From NCBI GenBank assembly GCA_965235115.1, contig OZ249445.1:15004001-15068000 (forward strand): a stretch of DNA of 64,000 nucleotides. Reading direction: 5' to 3'. The translations under genes were made by a program, and so were the position numbers. The notes below the pieces were generated by a model, which was not told where the DNA came from, did not search any database, and saw nothing but the letters and a program-made list of their open reading frames with translations. The DNA comes from Laetmonice hystrix (taxonomy: Eukaryota). Below, in pieces: positions 49,201 through 56,800 of this stretch; within the stretch, counting starts at the first letter, position 1; each line of letters begins with the position of its first letter.

Positions 49201-49242
49201 GCTTCATCACACATCGCCGAGGGTGCGGCTCCTCTTCAGGCT
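3606..49242 (-). CDS. NHERF: Giant NHERF/EBP50 (SLC9A3R)-family scaffold gene: 16 PDZ domains, long repetitive low-complexity region, C-terminal ERM-binding motif; about 27 exons, about 4,000 aa, 5' end not resolved
   Basis: 16 minus-strand ORF segments carry the NHERF-type PDZ signature PRLC..[21 protein letters not shown]..AGL...D.IVEVNG......H..VV..I. The terminal exon matches the spacing of the NHERF FERM-binding motif. All exons have AG/GT boundaries that join in frame. Confidence 0.88.
5927..9289 (-). CDS. Giant repetitive exon (3363 nt, 1121 aa, phase 0-0) rich in E/V/R/S/Y with ETVRYE and SSYEIRSS repeats
   Basis: Uninterrupted 1143-codon ORF 5885..9316. Strong acceptor tcgtgtttccttcag|CCC at 9289. 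The 3' end is either a modest donor TAT|gtatgg at 5927 or read-through to TAG at 5885. Confidence 0.8.
10458..10547 (-). CDS. Phase 0-0 cassette exon, MNGDAYIESNNVEVTKEAMPVNEIIQVEPE
   Basis: atctttgtgtatcag|ATG...GAG|gtgaga; 90 nt; in frame with neighbours. Confidence 0.75.
10831..10908 (-). CDS. Phase 0-0 cassette exon, MNGMEKEAEVIETGAAISVVEVTAEE
   Basis: tatgtctcacaacag|ATG...GAG|gtgaga; 78 nt; E/V-rich like neighbours; not shown in the ORF track. Confidence 0.75.
11935..12180 (-). CDS. Phase 0-0 exon, Thr/Val-rich (AGVELVRNGATD...TTATTTTTTTTA...TEFVSYQ)
   Basis: gtgattgtacag|GCT...CAG|gtgagg; 246 nt within ORF 11866..12192. Confidence 0.75.
12328..12381 (-). CDS. Phase 0-0 small exon, IKRRGSEKFETITTTGAE
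   Basis: cttgattcccgtcag|ATC...GAG|gtgagc; 54 nt; contains an RRGS basophilic (PKA-type) kinase motif. Confidence 0.7.
12704..12766 (-). CDS. Phase 0-0 small exon, IVRQVDMVVEESVETVTSQDE
   Basis: gtacgtactcgcag|ATC...GAG|gtgagc; 63 nt. Confidence 0.7.
12918..12980 (-). CDS. Phase 0-0 small exon, VAEYTKRSHASVVREFVSNKE (tandem NAGNAG acceptor could add a Gln)
   Basis: acgtttgcagcag|GTC...GAG|gtgaga; 63 nt, open in phase 0. Confidence 0.6.
14099..14236 (-). CDS. Phase 0-0 exon, VVEVAETNGHTADVEAV...EPSPEPVRQLTPEPDRQPSPVPE
   Basis: tttttaccgcatacag|GTG...GAG|gtgaga; 138 nt within ORF 13952..14419. Confidence 0.78.
16013..16636 (-). CDS. Phase 0-0 exon, 208 aa, Tyr/Asp/Arg/Gly-rich low-complexity region
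   Basis: gtatgtatttccag|CGA...TTG|gtaagc; within ORF 15899..16648. Confidence 0.7.
17134..17220. repeat. 3 x 29-bp tandem repeat, each copy carrying the 12-bp palindrome GACAGCGCTGTC
   Basis: Units start at 17134, 17163 and 17192 (ctgacagcgctgtc...ttaacaggcg). Confidence 0.9.
17574..17620 (-). CDS. 47-nt phase 1-0 exon, (V)SQTNGQVTTAVEAAQ, linking the PDZ block to the tail block
   Basis: Strong acceptor ctattttgttctacag|TT and donor CAG|gtaggg; the phase change needed to join PDZ16 (phase 1) to exon 16636 (phase 0). Confidence 0.75.
20300..20707 (-). CDS. PDZ exon 16 (RLCHLRKWPTYTGYGFRLHDDK...)
   Basis: ttgccatcag|TC...G|gtaaga; 408 nt, phase 1-1. Confidence 0.9.
22402..22788 (-). CDS. PDZ exon 15 ([26 protein letters not shown]...)
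   Basis: ctgtacctgtag|CC...G|gtaagg; 387 nt, phase 1-1. Confidence 0.88.
23571..24005 (-). CDS. PDZ exon 14 ([26 protein letters not shown]...)
   Basis: gatttttaaacag|CT...G|gtaagc; 435 nt, phase 1-1. Confidence 0.9.
25217..25252 (+). repeat. (CAG)9-TAG-CAG-TAG trinucleotide microsatellite just downstream (in transcript direction) of the PDZ13 donor
   Basis: Read directly; encodes Leu12 on the minus strand in frame with PDZ13. Confidence 0.9.
25294..25662 (-). CDS. PDZ exon 13 ([22 protein letters not shown]...)
   Basis: ctgccaccaacag|CT...G|gtaagc; 369 nt, phase 1-1. Confidence 0.9.
26977..27336 (-). CDS. PDZ exon 12 (RLYHIKTRPDYTGYGFNLQERK...), near-identical to exon 11
   Basis: ccttctactag|GC...G|gtaaga; 360 nt, phase 1-1. 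Confidence 0.88.
28245..28604 (-). CDS. PDZ exon 11, near-identical to exon 12
   Basis: cccttctactag|GC...G|gtaaga; 360 nt, phase 1-1. Confidence 0.88.
29032..29164. mobile_element. 133-bp fold-back, MITE-like element
   Basis: Perfect 24-bp terminal inverted repeat CCAGGACCCAGTTCCTAAAAACTT (29032-29055 / 29141-29164) plus an inner 16-bp inverted repeat TTAACGTTTCTGATTG (29072-29087 / 29108-29123); no clean TSD. Confidence 0.65.
29545..29988 (-). CDS. PDZ exon 10 (RICNLALRPDFDGYGFEVQEQ...)
   Basis: ggtcctgttcag|CC (alternative phase-1 acceptor at 29976)...G|gtaagt; 444 nt. Confidence 0.88.
31205..31645 (-). CDS. PDZ exon 9 (RLCSLRVWPKVSGYGFDLVEEK...)
   Basis: Donor G|gtaagc is clear; acceptor is either cttcttctggcgaag| (31645) or ggaccag| (31621), both phase 1. 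Confidence 0.87.
31975..32484 (-). CDS. PDZ exon 8 with 8-aa VVPEVEVP repeat linker (RLCCLRVWPQVSGYGFDLFEEE...)
   Basis: cttcttctggccataatgtag|TG...G|gtaagg; 510 nt, phase 1-1. Confidence 0.87.
32737..33207 (-). CDS. PDZ exon 7 (RLCCLKTWPDVSGYGFDLRQEK...; alphaB His replaced by Leu)
   Basis: ttgttctccgtggtcag|AG (a closer phase-1 acceptor ccag|AT is also possible)...G|gtaaga. Confidence 0.87.
33667..34356 (-). CDS. PDZ exon 6 with 17-aa QIPVVVTANQIAVREDD repeat linker (RLCVMKKMPNDLSYGFDLLEEE...)
   Basis: gatcctactccag|CA...G|gtaagg; 690 nt, phase 1-1; a shorter acceptor (caagcag|CT) could exclude the repeat. Confidence 0.82.
35149..35532 (-). CDS. PDZ exon 5 (RLFILYKWSDFVGYGFDLYHER...)
   Basis: ttttgatgtcag|GA...G|gtaagc; 384 nt, phase 1-1. 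Confidence 0.9.
36473..36832 (-). CDS. PDZ exon 4 ([21 protein letters not shown]...)
   Basis: cattgcttctag|CA...G|gtaaga; 360 nt, phase 1-1. Confidence 0.9.
39249..39321. repeat. 3 x 23-bp tandem repeat gcacggctctgatggcacccaca
   Basis: Three identical units read directly. Confidence 0.9.
41621..42076 (-). CDS. PDZ exon 3 ([26 protein letters not shown]...), canonical NHERF type
   Basis: catacgtttctag|CA...G|gtaagg; 456 nt, phase 1-1. Confidence 0.92.
42314..42458. repeat. 3 x 48-bp minisatellite
   Basis: acagtattgagtaattccgcagcatgtcaaagctggaaac recurs at 42321, 42369 and 42417. Confidence 0.9.
42604..43227 (-). CDS. PDZ exon 2 with acidic/Ala-rich linker ([22 protein letters not shown]...)
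   Basis: gtttgcctcacag|AG...G|gtgagc; 624 nt, phase 1-1. Confidence 0.9.
45572..45851. repeat. 8 x 35-bp minisatellite tgccagtaaacttcgctttacatagggcctttccc
   Basis: Head-to-tail units with single substitutions and no spacers. Confidence 0.95.
46798..47068. repeat. 4 x 68-bp minisatellite
   Basis: tctcacactcattacgat recurs at 46801, 46869, 46937 and 47005. Confidence 0.93.
48877..49242 (-). CDS. PDZ exon 1 ([33 protein letters not shown]...), the most canonical NHERF PDZ
   Basis: ggttgctatgttacag|AG...G|gtgagc; 366 nt, phase 1-1. Confidence 0.92.
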
Positions 49243-52200
49243 CTGTAACATAGCAACCAATCTACTTTAATACACATTCTTGTTAAAGTTAAACAAACAC
49301 AGACCTTTCAACAATATCAGTTAACTTTCCTGTAAGATGAAGATGAAAGAAGATCTCCTCTGATGGGATCAGTATGTTTTTGCTTTCACCCTCTCTCACC
49401 TTGCAGTTGGAGGGGACAACGTGACAGAATCATTAATTAAGTTCAAAGTGATACTACCATGTAATCAAATTCGACTTACTAATATCCCATATTGTGAAAT
49501 AGGTTATACTGGATCAAGTACGTCATATTCGTAATATTCGCATACAGGCGTTCTCTGCAGGAGCGGCCGGATTTTGTCCTCTAGAATCACAGTTCACGCC
49601 ATGGGTCAGAGGTCACAGGAGGTCAGATATGTTATTAATGTTTAAGCCTTTAATAAACGAAATTTACGAGAGGATATAAGGTAATTTCAGGAACCTATTT
49701 CGCTGTCAAGAATGACTGGACCATATGATACCATTTGTTTAGATATTCAAGGTTTCTTGGAGTTTGTATTAATGTATGTGTTGACCTGGCTGAGAGCCAT
49801 GTGAACACTCTCACTGCTCAGTCCCGCCTCCCAATGAGGACACGACTCCCAATATTGACTCCTATTCAGAAGTGTTTTCTTGTAAACAGAAGTGTTTTTA
49901 TCACGCCAAACAACAATCCTGACAGGTATCGTTTACCTTGACACAGTTCTCAGGGAAAGAAAATTACATTTTTACGGCTCTCTCAAAGCACATGTAAAAA
50001 CATTCTCTGAGCGTGGTATTTACAGCCAAGCGTATAGCTGTTTTCTCGGATCTGTCACCACACAGCGATTTTTTATCCAGACACTGCGCTGGGTAAAACG
50101 TCACAACACGAAGTGGGCTCATCCAGGAATGTGTTCTGTACCATTAGGTGCCATTCTCTTGGATTCGAATCTTCTTTAAAGTAAATGACCACATTCTCTT
50201 TTGTTCTTTACTCAAGATTTTACATTTCAACATCTCCTCATCTTCGGAGAAATCTCTCGATGACGTTTGGCACTTTCCCCTGGCAATAATAGCCTATTGT
50301 TTGCCGTCAAGGTGCCCCAGTCAGGACTATGTCTGTCCACCAGAAATGGTATCCTGGGCGGAGCAGCAGGTTATCCAGGACTGTGGATACGTAATTATGT
50401 ATCGTCTCAAGGCCAGCTAACCACCTGTCCATCAGACAATCACATGGCCACCTGCTAACGCTGTTACCAACCTATACCAATATACACGAGCTATGATCGG
50501 GTCAAATATCTCCTGGATGTTCCTGAACTCACAGCCCATAAAGATTCATTAACCGGGCATCTACTTCATGGCTATTATTAGAGTTTAATTCATTTCCGCA
50601 GAAGTATTATGACTTAGTATTCATGTGCCTCACCAGGTGGCACACTTAGTACTGGTATCCCCGTGCGATCTCTATAATCATCCCCTGTCGGAAGATGAAG
50701 GTACACTAGACGTCAAGGTGGACTGACCTAGTTTCCTACTTGAATGATGTGTAACATATCAGGTACACTGCGCCAGTTACATTAATTAACCTGAGGCCAT
50801 GCACCACTTGGCAGGTCGGCTGAGACTACCTACATGGTACGCTGTGCTATCTCTATGGATCAGTCACTTCTGAAGATAAACTGAATATCTCCTCCAGCAC
50901 GAGACTTACACAGATCTACTTTTCACTGTCCAGATGGTATGTAGTATATGCGTATATTAGCATGCTCTACATGACAACGAGTCTCTAAAAAACAACTTCT
51001 TTGACCTGTATACATGATCAAAGGCGACGATAATGACCCATTAGCGAGGTTACATGGGCAGTGGCCCTAAGCTAAGGGGCCGTTCAAAAATTACGTAAAG
51101 CCCATGTTATATATCAGCGTGACAATTATATGCATCAGGAAATTCACGAGAAAATGACTTTCTTTAATGTTACGCTTAAAGACAGGAGACAACATAATGG
51201 GGCATAGTTTATAATGTTTAGTTCACATGATCCAAAGGTCACCCAAATACAGCAAGTGTGGCGTGCCTTAAAGCGATGGGCATAACAAGTGATTGTTGAC
51301 CAGAAAATCCCATTGTCATCTGCCAAGCCCACACTCCCATGGCTGCCAACAGGCCCCTCTAAAGCATGGGTTTTCGTCTCGCTGCCTGCACACTCAGCTT
51401 CAAGCGTCTTCTGTGAATAGGCAGCTACATATATCAGGAGTGCTTCATGATTTCTGAGTATCAGGGATTCTGCCTGGAACATGAGGAAGCCACCCACCCA
51501 CCCACTCTGGCCCAGCATTTGCGGGGAACCGTCAGCCTATTCTTGACTGTCCCTTTGCCAGCAAGGTACAGTGTGTGTGTTGGGTGGGATGGGGGAGGGG
51601 GAGGTGGTCCTCATCACCGGTCAAAGGGGGCGGGGTTCTCTACCAGAACAGATCTAAGCAGCTGTTGGCAACATTTAACGACGTCCTTGTGGTCCCTATA
51701 TAATCGGGGTTCACTTTGCGATTCCTGGTTCGATTTTATTACCAGATTCTATTTGCTTTCGTCTAACCCACGACATGACGGCATGCTCCGCGCTCGTCTA
51801 TATAAACCCGGCTCAAAAGGTTCTGCTCTGAAAATATTTTGCTCTAGATGAACGGCGGAAGGCCTGCTGCCGGGCCTGAAGTATGACCTGGTTCTCCTTT
51901 TCGGATCCAATGTGGCACACCACTCAACACCACTATAACAATACAGCAGCAATATACATACACGGCACTGACCCTGCCATGGGCAAACTTCTTTTCTACA
52001 ACCTACCACTTTAAATTGGAGCTTGTAATGCACTCGACAAATTCCTCTTCTTTCTCCCACCACACACAGTGATCTCTTATCAACTGAGCACAAGCTCTGA
52101 TATATAACGAACTCCTTCAAGAGGGAACAAGATAACAAAATACCCCCTATAACCACCCCCCCCCCACCCAATACAAAACGGATCAAATGCCCTTCATGTT

Positions 52201-53398
52201 TATCAGCCCAACCCCATGGTCAATTCATAATCCGACCATCAAAACCAAAGGGTTCTTGATGTCAGACTTTATGAGGATCTCCACATTTTTATATCTAATA
52301 AATTCTCACAAACAATATAAAAGCGTAGCTAAGTCGCCGACGTTATTGCCATGACCACTGAGGTCAAGGCATGAAAATGGTTCCAATCGCCAGCCACCGC
52401 CTGATATCCTGACAAGTGTCACTGCAGAACTCCACATCCCTGACATACCAGGGTACAGGAGTTCACCTGCCTCGGGCCGCCTGGGGCCCGCGGTAAGGGG
52501 GGGGGGGGGTACGTAACCATGTTCAACTTGTGTTGTCGTCCTGCCTGGCTTTTGTCAACATTGACACGCCATAATGAGCCCCTCTATAAATGGCCGGCCC
52601 TTCAATGCACCTCTCTTCACTGTATCCAGTCTCAGGACCTTTTTCGTCCCGCCCCCGCCCTCCCCTCCAACACTGATACAACCCAGCCCACAAACCATGC
52701 CGTAAATGTCTGTGGAGTGTTATTTGTGACTGCCGATTCCAACCTCCCACCCGTCCACCTACACACGTATACTCGGTATGTTTGTAGACGAACAAGGCTT
52801 GTGTCTCAGACAGAAACAGCCCCGGGGCCTTCAGTCTTCTATCAGCCTAGAAGGCAGTGTGTGACTAGCAAGTAGCATGGACAGGTCCATGTAGCAGCGT
52901 TTGGGACTGGTGGAGGAGCACAGACAGTTCTATCACATACTGTACATCCAGTTTCGTGGATGGCATTTCAATGATATAGACTGGTACAGAGAAGTCTATG
53001 AAGTAATACACACATCATCATGACTTGAGTACTAACTCCGAATCACCAAATGTTTCTCAATAAACTTCCTTGATAATATTGGGAGTTTCCCTTTTCGTCC
53101 TTGATTTCTAATGTTTTCAGTCGAATCGTGACGCACGGCCTGCATGCCAGCAACCATGACCAAAGACACTTTGTCTTGCCTATCTAATCTCTCCGAATAA
53201 AGATAAGAATTATAGATCAATAGCTTACTTTGTCACAGAATATGACATTGAACATGATGCGTCACGTTGCCTCTTGACAAACTCAACCTGTATAAATCTA
53301 GTCAATTTTAAAGATTACTATTGAAAGTCTACCAATCTCATGAAACTTTGACAAATGCTGGGTTATCTGTACATCAGGGACACGTTCGTATCCAATGG

Positions 53399-53821
53399 CA
53401 AGGTGTCAAGTGCCAATGACCCTCAAAAAATAGGAAAATAGGAATTTGCTGTGGCAAAAAATAGGAATAAAATAGGAATATCAAACAGAAAATACATGTA
53501 CATATATGGAAAATATGATTTTTTTGAATAGTCACTATCGACTTAGATAAACATGTAATATTTTTTGACTAATTTCTTGAGATTCTAAAGCTTAAGTCCT
53601 TGTAAAAAAAATGTCCAGCGACGAGGTGGTGTTCACTTTGGTACCATTTATTGAAATTCACGCACTTTTACGGTTTATAAAAATCGACAAAAGACATGTG
53701 TAGAAATACTTTAGGGATCTATACTGCCCCAAAATAGGAAAAAATAGGAATTTTACTCCAAAAATAGGAATAAATAGAAAAGATGCCGAAAAATAGGAAA
53801 AAATAGGAACTTGACACCCTG
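53399..53821. mobile_element. 423-bp non-autonomous DNA transposon (MITE), hAT/P-like CARGG termini
   Basis: TIRs CAAGGTGTCAAGT / CAGGGTGTCAAGT (12 of 13 match); flanking direct repeat CAATGG (53393-53398 / 53822-53827); about 10 subterminal AAATAGGAA motifs clustered at both ends. Confidence 0.85.
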
Positions 53822-56800
53822 CAATGGTAATCCGGTAATCCGTGGCTGTGGGTGTCGATTAGTGACCTGATCAACAAACTCTCCCTTACTGATTGTCTGT
53901 ATCTATACTGCTAAATCTAGGAAGATCACACCGTTATGAAACAGCACCGTTGTTTGGGGAATCAATAGCAATACCCTATCGCTCTCGTTTAATGTATGCC
54001 ATCATCATCAACGTATCATATCGTCACTCTGGGTAATTGAGTAGTGACCCTTACATCAGACACATACAACATGAGGATGACGGAACTGATGATGAAATAA
54101 TACACAGTTTATTCGTTTCTAAGTGCAGGGAAAAGGTCTCCCCTCTGCCAAGTATTTACTGTCCACTTGCCATGTAATCGGTGAGATTTATTAGCCCCCT
54201 AACCTTGCTAACTCTAACCAAGGCTTTAAACGGCTAGTTTTCTCAGGAACGCTAGCTGCGTTATTTTAATCAATACCTTCGAATGTTCAATTCAGAAGAT
54301 CTGCAAATATAACACTTGTCATCCTCTTGTATCCTATCAATTATCCGATAGATCTGGGTCAGTGCTTGCAGATATTAAACTGCACAACCTAAAAACACCC
54401 CCGTTCCCAGACAAGTCATGAACAAGCTCAAGGACATCTACGCTTCACAAGGCTATCTTTCCAGCATCAGCTTTGTGTTAATTATTATTTCTCAAATATT
54501 TCGATCCACGGCACTGGTACCAAGGAAGGTGTGCTTCAAACTTTAACCTCTGGCAAGACTGTATGTACCTTTAAAGTCCAAGGTGCAGTACAAAAAGTCT
54601 AAATACAGTGCGAGTCTCTAGTTCCTGAAAAATTTAGATAGCCTAGAGGCCCAAAACCGATTTACAATAAGTGCCAGTATGTGTTGTCTTTTCATTCAAT
54701 AGTCAACAAATAAAGTTGGCATGACGGAGGGGAACAACTGAAGTATAACGTTTTTGCGTCTTGCGTTTATTTACTGAAACCTTGTAAGGTGGCCATAAAA
54801 AGATCTCAAATCTCCATGAATGTTAATTTGTTCACGGTGACAATCTACTCTGGCAAGAATTGCTTTCAAGATTAATTTTACCGGCAGCGATGCAGTAAAC
54901 CTTTTGTCAACTTCGGATGTCATTCCCTTCATACTTCAAATACTGGGAGAATAAAAAAAAACTGGAAAATTTTCTAAGAACCACTACACACAATCTGTGA
55001 CACTGATTCCATTTAATCAATATGTCCGGGTTACCCGGCGTCCAAGGGTGGTGCGGTTCTCGATCGTATCAGTAAAGAACGATACGGCCGTTTCAGACAC
55101 CTACATGCCTGAATAGGAATCACATCATAGCGAGTTTCTCCTCCTACACAAGTATTCGATACTCCTAGTCCTATTCATGAGGACTATGATGAGGTTATGG
55201 GGCTGTACAAATATTGGGCAATGCTGAATCAAGCTTCATTCACCCATCTTCTCCCCAGCCTTTTATAGATATCGCAATGGAAGGACACGTGGAAGTTTCT
55301 GTACAACACTGGCAGCAGTCTGCTACCTTACCCCTCCCATATCCTCCTCTGTGTGGGCCGATTGTCCCTGAAAGCCACACGGCTAGCCACTAACCCCCCC
55401 CCCCCCATCACTCACACCCACACAGACGATATTATCAATCCCCATCCTCCATGTACTGATAACTCTGGCAATACATCCTTATCTAGTCTCCATTCAAGTA
55501 TTGCTGGTTCACACGGTCTGGTTTAGTATTATGATGACTAATGTCTGAAAGTGAAAAATTCAGGTTTTCCTCTCAAACCACTGCACCGGTACTGAATTCA
55601 TAATTGTTTAGACAAAACTAAGCCATTGCCTGACAACGAAAACTTATTTCAGAGCTTATCAGAAGGCAACTGTATGACTTTCTGTTGGCTCTCGTTCTCT
55701 GAATTCCCTATGTACCCCTGGATTAGACTGGGCTTCCTAACAATGAGAGTTTACGAAAACTGCCCTTATCGATCCGGGCGATACAGTCTGATTACGTTTG
55801 AACAGAGGATGACACCGGCCACATTTACCAGCGGACGTTTTGAAGCGTTCCTCCAGAGGTCGGCTGCCGTGATTGTGACGGAGGTTTCAGGTGGTCCCTG
55901 GTCGGTCACCTGATGTACGATAAACTGACTGACACAGGTCGACAGTCCAACAATACATCAGTTGGCTCGGAGCATCTCTCGAACAGTATTGGTTCAAAAA
56001 CGTCAGAGAAATTGTTCCCAAAACAGTAGAGCCATAACTATATCAACAGTAACTGTTCATATTTTTCCTCTGAGAGACATTTTGTATGTTTGGACTTCCG
56101 CATATTTTGTGCCAATCTTTACTCCTACCGAATCGCAAGAATGATTGTCTGGAGCATCTCCATTAAAAACAATTCTCACCCAACGGCATTCTGTGTTCTA
56201 ACCCCGCACACCCCCTCAAATATCTGAGTTACTCTCATTACATGTTCTCCCACTCCAGCAGGCACTGAGAACCGTATCGTTCAATCTCGGGATCAATCTT
56301 GTGATGGAAAAAAAATTACAATAAAAACAACAAAACTCATACGACGCGGGTGAGAAACGTATTTCTGAGACTCAATTTTCTGTGATATATTTGGATCTGT
56401 ATCCAATAGGATTTCTTTTACTGGTTCTTTTACTGGTTCCCTGCCTTCAAGTCCATGTTTCGAAATTGATTTCTGAAGGTCTGATATGCTGATGAGGTGT
56501 ACTGGGGAGTCTGTGAGGTAAAGACGTAAACGGCAGAAAGCATTCCGTTGGCCTTAAGACACGATGTACAGGTTTCTATCCCCATTGACTTGTTGACTGC
56601 TCGGCTATCAGACACAGTAAGATAAGCCGCTTAGGACGCTTAGACTTGATGACCTCTTGGTTTCTACAAGAGTACCAGTAATCCCTTTCTCCCATGACAA
56701 ACCACTTCAGGGATTTCTTAATGTGCCGACCATGTGTTAAAGTGACACACAGAACCGTTTGGCCCTCCGCACATCGCAAGTACAATGTAGTGAGAATTTG

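Noticed and set aside
20229-49270. Plus-strand ORFs overlapping PDZ exons (e.g. 20229..20711, 32597..33049, 42776..43258, 48884..49270)
   Set aside because: Antisense shadows of GC-richer coding exons with no independent protein features
51073-51100. TAA-GGGGCCGTTCAAAAATTACGTAA resembling a PIF/Harbinger-type MITE end
   Set aside because: No partner inverted end found, so it is at most a solo fragment
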